A stretch of 24,219 nt of DNA from a virus (lineage: Duplodnaviria; Caudoviricetes): IMG/VR virus record IMGVR_UViG_3300037419_001314, positions 1 through 24,219 of that record, one strand, 5' to 3'. How positions within the stretch are numbered: the stretch's first letter is position 1; each line of letters starts with the position of its first letter. Shown in pieces: positions 1 through 8,570 of this stretch. A program made the translations under genes and the position numbers. Below the pieces are notes generated by a model, which saw only the letters and a list, made by a program, of their open reading frames with translations, searched no databases and was not told the origin of the DNA.

Positions 1-261
1 GAACTGTTTCACCTGATTCCGGTACGCGCCAAGGGTGCTCTTGAGGACTCCACCAGCTGCCAGGCCGGACGGCCCGTAGAAGAAATCTTCCATGCGAGCC
101 GGAGTGAGGCTGCCAACCTGGCAGTCCTTATTGAACGCTGCCAGCCGGTTGAGCACGCTCCGATAGTTGCGCTTGAAGTTCGGCGCGTCGGCCCGCCTCA
201 TGCGCTGCCCGATGAACTCCGATGCAGCCTCGCTGATCCTCGGCGTTGTACGTCTCGCCAC
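1..261 (-). CDS. Probable tyrosine integrase, N-terminal part (runs off the window)
   Basis: Manual translation from GTG at 261: MARRTTPRISEAASEFIGQRMRRADAPNFKRNYRSVLNRLAAFNKDCQVGSLTPARMEDFFYGPSGLAAGGVLKSTLGAYRNQVKQF. This resembles a core-binding (SAM-like) domain and is divergent from the repressor. The catalytic domain is not visible. Confidence 0.65.
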   Translation of the reverse strand, partial: MARRTTPRISEAASEFIGQRMRRADAPNFKRNYRSVLNRLAAFNKDCQVGSLTPARMEDFFYGPSGLAAGGVLKSTLGAYRNQVKQF

Positions 262-489
262 AGTCCCCAACCTCTCATTGAATCTAGCCGCTGAACCTCT
301 ACGTTGGTCACGTAAAGTCGCAGGTCAGGGCCCCGGTAACTACGATTGGTTACTATACATGAACCTAGACTTTTCGACAAGTACCTACCCCTGCCTGACC
401 TGCACGTTTGCCCAGCTTATCAGCCAAAGTCTCGCACGATGTGACCCCAGCGGAGCCGGGTACTAGGATTGAGCCTCTCACCGTACTCA

Positions 490-519
490 TTGACAGCTTG
501 CCCAATATGCGTATAGCTT
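490..519 (+). promoter_or_regulatory. SigA-type promoter for the repressor gene
   Basis: TTGACA (490-495), 18-nt spacer, TAGCTT (514-519); overlapped by an inverted operator-like GAAGCTATACG. Confidence 0.65.
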
Positions 520-593
520 CGATGGGTGAGCAGCCACGCGCTCACGAGGGCCCGTCCACCACCGGGCCCAGTCACTCGGGAAGGGGATCGGTC

Positions 594-1058
594 ATGCCTG
601 CTCAAAGGCAGCTTCCGACCATTGACGTTCTGCTGAAGCATCGTGAACGGGGGATGAGTTATGACGAGATTGCTGAGCTTTACGGCGTAACCAAAGGTGC
701 CGTCTATCTGCAATTGCGTGACGCGGGTAGGACTAAGCAGCGCCCAGACAACTCTCACCTAATGCCCGCTGGAGGCGTAGCCACTCAGCACCAGCACGCT
801 CATCCTGCGATGATGCTTCGCGTTCAGGGCCGGTTGGACCGGGGAGAGAAGGACATTCCGCCTGTGAAGATTCGCCAGCTTCATAAGTGGTTGCGCGAGC
901 TTGAGGAAAAGAACCTGATCCTTGACTATCACCAGGATTGCCCTCCGAATCCCGGCAGCCCGAAGACCGGGGGGTGGTTCTACTCCCAGAGGAAGCCTAG
1001 TGATGGTGACCGGCTGATGCGTTACCAGACGCAGAAGGAAGCCGACGAAGCCAGCTAG
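594..1058 (+). CDS. Immunity repressor-like HTH protein
   Basis: ATG 594 after GGAAGGGG; HTH GMSYDEIAELYGVTKGAVYLQL; C-terminal YHQDCPPNPGSPKTGGWFYSQR resembles actinophage cluster A-type repressors; adjacent to the integrase. Confidence 0.8.
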   Translation: MPAQRQLPTIDVLLKHRERGMSYDEIAELYGVTKGAVYLQLRDAGRTKQRPDNSHLMPAGGVATQHQHAHPAMMLRVQGRLDRGEKDIPPVKIRQLHKWLRELEEKNLILDYHQDCPPNPGSPKTGGWFYSQRKPSDGDRLMRYQTQKEADEAS

Positions 1059-1080
1059 CAAGCACCAGGGGGGATAGTAA

Positions 1081-1200
1081 GTGAGGCGAGTGCTGAAGGT
1101 GATTGGGATAATTGCGTTCGTTATCGGTTCCATGATGCTCGGCGCACTAGTTGGTCACCCTGGGGGCTCAAGCCCTCCACCAGTGACTCAACACCCTTAA
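1081..1200 (+). CDS. Small single-TM membrane protein (39 aa)
   Basis: MRRVLKVIGIIAFVIGSMMLGALVGHPGGSSPPPVTQHP; G-rich RBS; lies between the repressor and a terminator. Confidence 0.55.
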   Translation: MRRVLKVIGIIAFVIGSMMLGALVGHPGGSSPPPVTQHP

Positions 1201-1203
1201 AGC

Positions 1204-1231
1204 AGGGCCCCGGAGCAGCGGGGCCCTTTTT
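1204..1231 (+). terminator. Intrinsic terminator ending the repressor operon
   Basis: AGGGCCCCG-N6-CGGGGCCCT followed by a T-tract. Confidence 0.8.
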
Positions 1232-1255
1232 GCTGGCCTGATACTGCGAGTTGAT

Positions 1256-1291
1256 TTGCAAGTGGACAGTGTCAACGTATAGATTCATCTT
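1256..1291 (+). promoter_or_regulatory. Early promoter with an overlapping operator
   Basis: TTGCAA-N18-TAGATT (or TGGACA-N17-CATCTT); inverted CTATACGTTGA at 1272-1282. Confidence 0.55.
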
Positions 1292-1390
1292 TGTAAGGCA
1301 GTGAGCATGGCAATAGCCCGGACTGACCAGCCGGGGCCGTGTAAACGCTGCCGACCCCTGTCAGCGAGAGAAACGGGAACCCACTTACTC

Positions 1391-1705
1391 ATGTCTGTCC
1401 CTTGTGCCTCTAACCCTGATATGTGGTTCGACGCCACCAAAGCCAATCTCGCGGCCTTTTACTGCCGGACGTGCCCGCTACAGCGGGAATGCGCGAAACT
1501 CGGCGAGAGCGAGGAATATGGCGTCTGGGGAGGTATTAACGCGGAGGCGCAGCAGGAAGAGCGGAGCGCTGAGCGCCAGCAGGAACGCGAGGACCGGAAT
1601 GTCGCCGTGTGTCAACTGCGTGACGCGGGCCACACCGTGCGCGCGATTGCCGCTCAAGTAGGACTCTCCAAGTCGGCAGTGTCCAAGATCCTCCAAGCCG
1701 CCTGA
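1391..1705 (+). CDS. whiB: WhiB-family transcription factor with a C-terminal HTH
   Basis: Four Cys (C..C-x2-C-x5-C), GVWGG motif, then HTH TVRAIAAQVGLSKSAVSKIL; start at ATG 1391 inferred. Confidence 0.85.
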   Translation: MSVPCASNPDMWFDATKANLAAFYCRTCPLQRECAKLGESEEYGVWGGINAEAQQEERSAERQQEREDRNVAVCQLRDAGHTVRAIAAQVGLSKSAVSKILQAA

Positions 1706-1846
1706 CCGTTCGTTGTAACCTCGTAACCAAACCCTGTAACGCTCAGTAGGTCTCAAACGATATGACGGGCGAGGCTCGATACAGGCCCGGTGAGCGCCCC
1801 CTCTGCCGCTACACCACCGGGCTCTCTTAATGGGGAGGAACCTAAA

Positions 1847-2170
1847 TTGCTTCAATCGATCGTGCAGGAAATCGACGGATTGCTTGCACCCCTTGAATGC
1901 TCCGTGAATCCTGGTGCTGACCTTCAAGACGTTGACGTGATCATAGACGTTCCGGGGATTATCTCCGTAGCCGTTCTGAAGTATGCGAATGGCGCTGTCT
2001 ACGAAATGGCCGTGACCAGCAACGCTGAGCCGGATGATTTAGCTCTGGCCCGATTCAATATCCCCGCTGGCACCCTCTGGCTTGGCCCTGAGGAAACGAA
2101 CACCCACGGACTCACGGACGGCTGGGAAACCACTTGGCGGTTTTGGGTAGCCAATCCGCCCACTGAGTAG
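1847..2170 (+). CDS. Hypothetical protein
   Basis: ORF with GGAGG before TTG 1847. Confidence 0.55.
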   Translation: MLQSIVQEIDGLLAPLECSVNPGADLQDVDVIIDVPGIISVAVLKYANGAVYEMAVTSNAEPDDLALARFNIPAGTLWLGPEETNTHGLTDGWETTWRFWVANPPTE

Positions 2171-2209
2171 AAAGTGGACAAGTGGGGGAAGTAGAGTAGT
2201 AGCTGTGCC

Positions 2210-2241
2210 GAAGGGGCCGAACGCCAGGCCCCTTCCTTTTT
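2210..2241 (+). terminator. Intrinsic terminator
   Basis: GAAGGGGCC...GGCCCCTTC followed by CTTTTT. Confidence 0.7.
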
Positions 2242-2297
2242 GACCCGAAGCTATACGTTGACACAGGAACTATCCCCTAGAGAAGGGAACCACCAAA

Positions 2298-2627
2298 ATG
2301 ACCGACACTCTGAACCTCGCTGGCGTTCCGCCGTTCAAGCTGACCGACTACGACGACGAGATCATCGAGCTTGCGCCGGTCCACGACACGGCGGCCCCGA
2401 ACGGGGTTGTCAACGTGGTGAAGATTTCGATCGGTGACTTCGCCGTTCACCTTCTGCCGGAGCAGGCTGCCGAATTCTCTGCCGCCGTCGCGGCTACTGC
2501 TGCCCTGCTCATGGGGAAGCACGAGGCGACCGAAAGGGCTGCGGTTGCGGGAATCCTCCTGGGCGCTGTCTCGGATGCCGCCGAGAAGGCGTACAAGGCT
2601 GGCACGTACAAGCAGAACGCGGCGTGA
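2298..2627 (+). CDS. Hypothetical protein
   Basis: 109 aa ORF, GAAGGGA RBS, phage-like codon use. Confidence 0.75.
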   Translation: MTDTLNLAGVPPFKLTDYDDEIIELAPVHDTAAPNGVVNVVKISIGDFAVHLLPEQAAEFSAAVAATAALLMGKHEATERAAVAGILLGAVSDAAEKAYKAGTYKQNAA

Positions 2628-3514
2628 GTAGCGAGAGGGGTTCTGTGCTGGCCCCTCTCTCTCATCGGTCCGTTTCACAACTCACAACGTTTACACGCTG
2701 TGGCGAGGCATACCGGCTAGAAAAGGTCGCAAGGGCCCCAACTACTCCGGCAGCATGGTTCGCCCAAGGAACCGCATTCCATGAGGCAATCGAGAAATGG
2801 GAAGCGACAGGGCGAACCTACGGCCCGTCCGACATTGAAGCGTGGTACGACGTTGCGTGGAACCGTGAGGTTGACAAGATGTTTGAAAGTCAGCCTGACA
2901 TTAACCGGTGGGAGACGGGCGGGAGAACGAAGCCAGCCGATGACCTGGCTAAGCGGTACCTACGCGGGAAAGAGCAAGCGTTAGCGTATCGGGAATGGGC
3001 GCTCAGTCAGTCTGAGGAATGGCGCGTATGGGAATACCTCCCGGATGAGGCAGCCGTCGAGATTCCGTTCGAGGTTGAGATGGGCGGCGTACTCGTCAAG
3101 GGCTACATAGATCAAGTGATCGAGTTTCGAGACGGGGAAATCCGTCCACGAGACCTAAAGACCGGTAACAAGCTGCCGGAATCTGAATTCCAGTTAGCCG
3201 TCTACCGGCTCGCCATGCTCGAAGTGTTGGGGATTCTCCCACGATACGGCGATTACTACATGGCGAAGAACACTGCACCGACGAAGCCATATGACCTGAG
3301 TATCTGGACCCCGGAGCTAGTCGGGGAAATGTTCCGCGACATGGATAGGGCTGTTGAGGCAGAAATCTTCTTACCCAATAAGGGTGACGACTGCCGAATC
3401 TGTCTCGTCCGTGAATTCTGCAAGCTAGGCGGAACGCGAGCGCACGAATACTTGGGCATCACCCGGCGCGGCGGGGAGCCTGTCCCGCCGACAACTGATT
3501 TCCAGTTTGCCTAG
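2624..3514 (+). CDS. Cas4/RecB-like PD-(D/E)XK exonuclease
   Basis: SVSQL..C at the N-terminus, GTAFH, E...GYID..DLKTG, QLAVY, C-terminal C-x2-C-x5-C. Confidence 0.88.
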   Translation: MSSERGSVLAPLSHRSVSQLTTFTRCGEAYRLEKVARAPTTPAAWFAQGTAFHEAIEKWEATGRTYGPSDIEAWYDVAWNREVDKMFESQPDINRWETGGRTKPADDLAKRYLRGKEQALAYREWALSQSEEWRVWEYLPDEAAVEIPFEVEMGGVLVKGYIDQVIEFRDGEIRPRDLKTGNKLPESEFQLAVYRLAMLEVLGILPRYGDYYMAKNTAPTKPYDLSIWTPELVGEMFRDMDRAVEAEIFLPNKGDDCRICLVREFCKLGGTRAHEYLGITRRGGEPVPPTTDFQFA

Positions 3515-3532
3515 ATTAAGGGAGTAACTAAA

Positions 3533-4063
3533 TTGAGTCAGACTTACGAAGACCCTTTCGCCGCTCAGGTGCTCACTGCGGAGGGCCCGACGCCGGAGGA
3601 TATCGTCGTATCCTTCCGGCCCTACGACAGCAATAGTGCGCCGACCGTGACTGTTCGCGGCAAGACGTGGCCGGAGGTTGCGGACAAGCTGGGAGTCATT
3701 ACCGAGGCTGCCGCTGGTGGCGCTCTCGGGAATGCTCACGCGGCTCTGAAAGCCACCTATGCGGCTGCCGTTGGATTGGACGCTACGCCGACCCAGAGCC
3801 CTGCTGCGGCCCAGCAGTCCTACCAGCAGCCGAACGGCGCTCAGAACGGCTACCAGGCCCCGCAGGGTGGCTATCAGCAGCCTCAGCAGCAGCCGAACAG
3901 CGGGCGACCGCCCGGACCGGCCCCGCAGTGCCCGCACGGTGAGAAGAACTTCGTTCCTGCCGGAACCAACGCCAGCGGCAAGGCGTACGGCGCTTTCTGG
4001 GGTTGCCCTGCGCCGCGCAACGCGCCTGACAAGTGCCGTCCGCAGTGGATTCAGAGCCGGTAA
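3533..4063 (+). CDS. Hypothetical phage protein with a Q/P/G-rich linker and C-terminal Cys/His (Zn) motif
   Basis: CPHG...FWGC...C motif; follows the exonuclease as in related actinophages. Confidence 0.7.
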   Translation: MSQTYEDPFAAQVLTAEGPTPEDIVVSFRPYDSNSAPTVTVRGKTWPEVADKLGVITEAAAGGALGNAHAALKATYAAAVGLDATPTQSPAAAQQSYQQPNGAQNGYQAPQGGYQQPQQQPNSGRPPGPAPQCPHGEKNFVPAGTNASGKAYGAFWGCPAPRNAPDKCRPQWIQSR

Positions 4064-4142
4064 TTTTTTTCGGCTGAAGCTATACGTTGATACGCGGGCC
4101 CTGGCAACGATGACCGGGGCCCCTTGATTGAGGGGAGAATGA

Positions 4143-4679
4143 GTGACTGCCACCAAAACGCTGATCGTCGCTGATCACCTGTATCACGCGCACAACTACG
4201 CGCAGAAGCACAACATTCCGATCATGGAAGCCGTCTACGTGACTCCGGAGCGCTCGGAGCGCATTCATGGGCTCATGCCGAAAACCATCGTTGATATTCG
4301 ACGCGGGCGCTCCCGCCCGAATGCGAATCGGCGGATGGATGACCTGCTCAGGATTCTTCGGCACCGTATGCCGAAGCCGAAGCGGGCCCGGAATACCGGC
4401 AGCATTCAGGACCGCTTTGAGCGGTTCCACGGCGAGAATCCGCACATCTACAAGCGGCTTGAGGAAATGACTCAGGCTTGGCTCAAGCATGGGCATACCA
4501 AGTGCAGCATTCACATGCTGTGGGAAACGCTCCGCTGGCAGGCTGGTACGGGATTCTTCAGCCGGGAAGAGGAATACAAGCTGAATGACCACTACCCGGC
4601 GCGATACGCGCGCATGCTGGTAGAGAATCACCCGGCGTGGGAAGGCGTGTTTAATCTGCGGGCCCTGCGAGCCGCCTAG
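4143..4679 (+). CDS. Hypothetical phage protein
   Basis: 178 aa ORF after a GAGGGGAG RBS; stop overlaps the next start. Confidence 0.7.
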   Translation: MTATKTLIVADHLYHAHNYAQKHNIPIMEAVYVTPERSERIHGLMPKTIVDIRRGRSRPNANRRMDDLLRILRHRMPKPKRARNTGSIQDRFERFHGENPHIYKRLEEMTQAWLKHGHTKCSIHMLWETLRWQAGTGFFSREEEYKLNDHYPARYARMLVENHPAWEGVFNLRALRAA

Positions 4680-5458
4680 TGTTCACCCTTACGCGGGGGA
4701 GGCTTGCTGGCGGTAAAGCTGGTGAGCCTCTACCCACCGTGTTTAAACGGCTGGACGCTGCCACGGTCCATATTCGGCAAGCTCAGCTGACGCTAGTCGC
4801 TGCCGCTCCCGGTATCGGCAAATCGGTATTCGCCCTGACTGAGGCTGTTGAGACCAGGGTTCCCACCCTGTATTTCTCTGCCGACTCGGATGCATTCGTG
4901 TGTTACACGCGAGTTGCGGCTATGGTCACCGGCTGGACCGTGACCGATATTGAGACTCAGATCGAGAACGGGCATACGGCAACGATTGACGCGAAGCTGA
5001 ACGGACTTGAGCATTTGCGGCTCAACTTCGACCCTTCGCCGTCGATTGACGATATCGAAGACGACACTCGGGCTTTCGCTCTGACGTATGGGGAATGGCC
5101 CCGGCTGATCGTGGTTGACAATCTCTCCAATGTCTATAACGACACTGGGGGCGAGGGTTATCAATCGCTTGAGGCTACGTGCGATTTCCTCCACCAGCTG
5201 GCGCGTGAAACTGGCGCGGCGATTATCGCTCTCCATCACGTGACAGGCCAGCACGAAGACGGCACTACTCCACCGCCCATGAGTGGCCTACGCGGGAAAG
5301 TCAGCAAGATTCCCGCCATGATCCTCAACCTGTTTAAACCCGCTGAGGGACAGCTGGGGGTCGCCGTTGTGAAGAACCGTACCGGCAGGGCCGACCCTTC
5401 AGGCGGCATGGTCATTTACCTGAATGCCGAATTGGATCGAATGAAATTGGAGGGCTGA
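4679..5458 (+). CDS. DnaB-like helicase (RecA-fold ATPase)
   Basis: Walker A AAPGIGKS, Walker B LIVVDNL, KNRTG motif. Confidence 0.88.
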   Translation: MFTLTRGRLAGGKAGEPLPTVFKRLDAATVHIRQAQLTLVAAAPGIGKSVFALTEAVETRVPTLYFSADSDAFVCYTRVAAMVTGWTVTDIETQIENGHTATIDAKLNGLEHLRLNFDPSPSIDDIEDDTRAFALTYGEWPRLIVVDNLSNVYNDTGGEGYQSLEATCDFLHQLARETGAAIIALHHVTGQHEDGTTPPPMSGLRGKVSKIPAMILNLFKPAEGQLGVAVVKNRTGRADPSGGMVIYLNAELDRMKLEG

Positions 5459-5460
5459 TA

Positions 5461-5703
5461 GTGGACAAGACTTTCCCTAGAATTGAGTTGCCGGGAGTTA
5501 CTGAAGACCAGCGCAGCGAGGTTGAAAACCTCATGCACAAGAGCAAGCAGGCTCGGGCTTTCACTCTGCGATACGCGGTTGCCATGTCGGTTCTCGGCAA
5601 GGCCGTTTATCACGGAACCGTACCGGCTGACGTAAAGGCGCGCAGGCGCGCGGCTAACAAGGTCGCTCGGCAGTCTCGGCGCGTGAATCGGGGGAGCAAG
5701 TGA
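5461..5703 (+). CDS. Hypothetical basic protein
   Basis: 80 aa ORF, GGAGG RBS, overlaps the next start. Confidence 0.65.
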   Translation: MDKTFPRIELPGVTEDQRSEVENLMHKSKQARAFTLRYAVAMSVLGKAVYHGTVPADVKARRRAANKVARQSRRVNRGSK

Positions 5704-6329
5704 GCAACGAATACCCGGCTTGGCCGAAGACTCCCCGCTGGAATAAGCCGGTGACGATCACTGAGAAGATCGACGGCACGAACGGGCTCATCTCGATTGA
5801 GCCTGTGGTCCGGACGAATCTGGCTGACTACGCTAACCCGGAAGCCAGCCTGTATATGAACGAAGAGGGCACCTATCGAGTCAAGGCCGGTTCCCGTAAC
5901 CGGTGGCTCATGCCGGGAAAGACGACTGACAACTACGGCTTTGCCGGTTGGGTCCATGAGAATGCCTTTGCGCTGATTGAGAAGCTGGGGCCGGGTCGCC
6001 ACTATGGCGAATGGTTCGGCAAGGGGATTCAGCGTGGCTACGGGCTCACTGAGAAGCACTTCGCGCTTTTCAACGTGGACAAGTGGAATGACGTTGAGCT
6101 TCCCGATCGCGTGACTACCGTCCCGATTCTCTGGCGTGGCAATGCTCAGGGGTTGGGCCCTGCGGTCCACCACAGCCTGTCGATTCTGCGTCATCGTGGT
6201 TCTTATGTGGCCCCGATGGAGGAAGCTGAAGGGCTGTGCATTTACCACTCGGCTTCCCGGCAGATTTACAAGGTTCTTCTGGAAAACGACGATATCCCGA
6301 AGAGCGTTGCGCTGAGGATGGTGGCCTGA
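5700..6329 (+). CDS. RNA ligase (Rnl2-like nucleotidyltransferase)
   Basis: Motif I EKIDGTN, GSRNR, DNYGFA, YGEWFGKGIQ, EGL. Confidence 0.85.
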   Translation: MSNEYPAWPKTPRWNKPVTITEKIDGTNGLISIEPVVRTNLADYANPEASLYMNEEGTYRVKAGSRNRWLMPGKTTDNYGFAGWVHENAFALIEKLGPGRHYGEWFGKGIQRGYGLTEKHFALFNVDKWNDVELPDRVTTVPILWRGNAQGLGPAVHHSLSILRHRGSYVAPMEEAEGLCIYHSASRQIYKVLLENDDIPKSVALRMVA

Positions 6330-6460
6330 TGAACGTAGACCCCAACGGGATTTGGTGCGAGTTGTCCTGGCTCGATAAGGATTACTGCCACCACTGCCGG
6401 ACCGGCGCTAGAACGCTCGGCCACGTGAAGGACTATGAGGATGACGGCCCGGAGGGCTAG
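6329..6460 (+). CDS. Small Cys/His-containing protein
   Basis: TGATG coupling; MNVDPNGIWCELSWLDKDYCHHCR... Confidence 0.5.
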   Translation: MNVDPNGIWCELSWLDKDYCHHCRTGARTLGHVKDYEDDGPEG

Positions 6461-6920
6461 GAAGCCGTGTCCGGGTAAGAGCGTCAAGGATGGTGCTTGC
6501 GTCCGATGCTTTCGGGTAGTGCGAATCAAGAAAGACGGCACGCCTTACCAGCATCGGGCGAAAGCGCCCGCCGATCGAAGCGACCCCGTACACGCTAAGC
6601 GAATCCTTGAGGTCTACGGGATCACTGGCGAGGAATATAACGCGATTCTTGAGGCTCAGGGCGGCTGTTGCTACATCTGTCTTCAGCCGCCACGCTCCAA
6701 GCGCCTCGCAGTGGATCACGACCACGAGATAGAGCGGCACCGGCTAGCTGAGGGGAAAACCGCTCAGGAAGCCGCTAGAGCCTCTGTGAGAGGGCTTCTG
6801 TGTCGTCGCTGCAATCACCGGTTGCTTGGCTCGGCTCATGACGCTACCGAAATCCTGAAGCGTGCCATTGAGTATCTGGAATTCCCGCCAGCGTGGCGAG
6901 TGATAGCCGAGGGAGTTTAA
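6435..6920 (+). CDS. Endonuclease VII (Holliday junction resolvase family)
   Basis: YGIT.EEY..ILEAQGGCCYIC, LAVDHDH, VRGLLCRRCN. Confidence 0.92.
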   Translation: MRMTARRARKPCPGKSVKDGACVRCFRVVRIKKDGTPYQHRAKAPADRSDPVHAKRILEVYGITGEEYNAILEAQGGCCYICLQPPRSKRLAVDHDHEIERHRLAEGKTAQEAARASVRGLLCRRCNHRLLGSAHDATEILKRAIEYLEFPPAWRVIAEGV

Positions 6921-6925
6921 ACACC

Positions 6926-7342
6926 ATGAAAGACGGCATAGAGGCAGTCCTACATCACTACGGCGCTGACATGGTGCCGTCCTCCCAACGGTTCAAAAAG
7001 ATGAAGTGCCCATTCCATGAGGACCGGAACGCTTCAGCTTCCGTGAGTATCGACGCAGGCAAGTTCCGTTGTTTCTCGTGCGACATTCCACGCATGACCG
7101 GTGAAACCGGGAAGGCGGTTGACGCGCTAGACATTATCGCTTGGAAGGAGGGATTAACCGACTTTGCTAGTACCGTCGCAGAGTACGAAAGAATTTCTGG
7201 CCGAAGCTACGACGAAGTATCAGGCGGCTCTAAAGGAAAACCCGCGCGCCGTCGAGTATTTGAGGGACAAGCGGGGCCTGTCCGGGGACAGCGCACAATT
7301 CTTTCGGCTGGGCGTCGTAGACGACCCTTTGCCGGGACATGA
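6926..7342 (+). CDS. DNA primase, zinc-finger part
   Basis: CPFHEDRNAS...FRCFSC (CHC2 zinc finger). Confidence 0.85.
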   Translation: MKDGIEAVLHHYGADMVPSSQRFKKMKCPFHEDRNASASVSIDAGKFRCFSCDIPRMTGETGKAVDALDIIAWKEGLTDFASTVAEYERISGRSYDEVSGGSKGKPARRRVFEGQAGPVRGQRTILSAGRRRRPFAGT

Positions 7343-7832
7343 GCAGTACACAGGACGGCTAGCCGTTCCGTACCTGACTCGCTCCGGAGTCGTCTCTATG
7401 CGGTTTCGGTTCCTGCCGCAGAAGATCGGGGATGACTGGCCGGATACCGAGGGCGCTAAATACTTGGACGTTCCGGGAGCTACGCCGCGACCGTTCAACG
7501 TTAATGCGCTCATGCGAACCGAGCCCTATGTCTGCGTTACCGAGGGCGAGTTTGACGCTATCGCTGCCCACCAGGCCGGGTTACCGGCTGTCGGCTTCCC
7601 TGGCGTTAGCAGCATCAAAGAGCCCTATTATCTCCGGCCCTTCAAGGGCTATGAGGCTGTCTACATTCTAGCCGATAACGACGATAAGGGTCAGGGTGAG
7701 ACCTTCGCTGAGAAGGTCGCTGAGAACGTGCAGAACGCTCGAATCATTCTCATGCCTAAGGGCCATGACGTGAACAGCTTCCTTAAGGCTGACGGCCCGG
7801 AAGCGCTGAGAGAAAGGATCGGGATTAAGTGA
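7164..7832 (+). CDS. DNA primase, TOPRIM part
   Basis: EYLRDKRGL, VTEGEFDA, ADNDDKG, GHDVN; GGAGG RBS before TTG 7164. Confidence 0.9.
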   Translation: MLVPSQSTKEFLAEATTKYQAALKENPRAVEYLRDKRGLSGDSAQFFRLGVVDDPLPGHEQYTGRLAVPYLTRSGVVSMRFRFLPQKIGDDWPDTEGAKYLDVPGATPRPFNVNALMRTEPYVCVTEGEFDAIAAHQAGLPAVGFPGVSSIKEPYYLRPFKGYEAVYILADNDDKGQGETFAEKVAENVQNARIILMPKGHDVNSFLKADGPEALRERIGIK

Positions 7833-8140
7833 CTCTTGAAGATGACGGCAGTGACGAAATCGAGAACTACGAAGAGCGGCACGATGCAGGCTTTTTCAAG
7901 CCGGGTGACGTTGTGCGATTCACTGACGTAGTGAAGGACTGGCCGGGTACCCCGCAGCCGGGACAGCTGGCGGTTGTCGCTGAGGTTGGCGACCCTGACT
8001 CGGCTCCGTACCCGCTGACCGTGGACATTCGCCCGGACGGCGATACTCCGATTCTCGGGCTTCCCGTTCTGGCTAAGGAAATCCAGCTGGTCAACCGCCC
8101 GCAGGGGCGGAAGCTGCGTAGGCGGTTTCCTTGGCTGTGA
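7829..8140 (+). CDS. Hypothetical protein
   Basis: 103 aa ORF coupled to both neighbours. Confidence 0.65.
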   Translation: MTLEDDGSDEIENYEERHDAGFFKPGDVVRFTDVVKDWPGTPQPGQLAVVAEVGDPDSAPYPLTVDIRPDGDTPILGLPVLAKEIQLVNRPQGRKLRRRFPWL

Positions 8141-8565
8141 TGGACGGTTGGGTTACGGATGCGCTGGAGGACTCCGGAATCCCGGCTACGGATTTCAGGG
8201 TTCCTCGTGCCGTTCGGGAATTCGTAACGAAAGACTCCGGTCAGCATGAGGAATATGAATCCGGCATGCGCCGGGACTCGGAGCAGGGCAAACCTCGCTT
8301 TGACCTGATGGTGCCTCGCGGCATCGCGTTTGAGGATCAGATGCTTACGAGGTTCGCCGCTCTCCTGGCGCGCGGAGCCGTGAAATACGACCCTCGCAAT
8401 TGGGAGAAAGCCAGCGGCCAAAAGGAACTTGACCGCTACTACTCGTCTGCGTTCCGCCATTTCATGCAATGGCTGTGCGGCGAGACTGACGAAGATCACG
8501 CGGCGGCAGTCCTGTTCAACATCATGGCGGCTGAGACCGTCAAGGCGAAGATGGAAGGTGTTTAA
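8140..8565 (+). CDS. dATP/dGTP diphosphohydrolase-like protein (DUF5664-like)
   Basis: GKPRFDL, GAVKYDPRNWEK, SAFRH, EDHAAAVLFN. Confidence 0.8.
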   Translation: MDGWVTDALEDSGIPATDFRVPRAVREFVTKDSGQHEEYESGMRRDSEQGKPRFDLMVPRGIAFEDQMLTRFAALLARGAVKYDPRNWEKASGQKELDRYYSSAFRHFMQWLCGETDEDHAAAVLFNIMAAETVKAKMEGV

Positions 8566-8570
8566 ACGAC

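Noticed and set aside
408-593. Longer N-terminus for the repressor ORF
   Set aside because: It spans the predicted promoter. ATG 594 has an RBS and starts just before the HTH.
1715-1740. Three GTAAC(C) direct repeats after whiB
   Set aside because: Too short and irregularly spaced to support a call.
2624-3514. Cas4-like gene as evidence of a CRISPR system
   Set aside because: No repeat-spacer array or other cas genes are present. Solo Cas4-like nucleases are common in actinophages.
3810-3900. CAG-rich low-complexity repeats
   Set aside because: Explained by a Gln/Pro/Gly linker in the protein.
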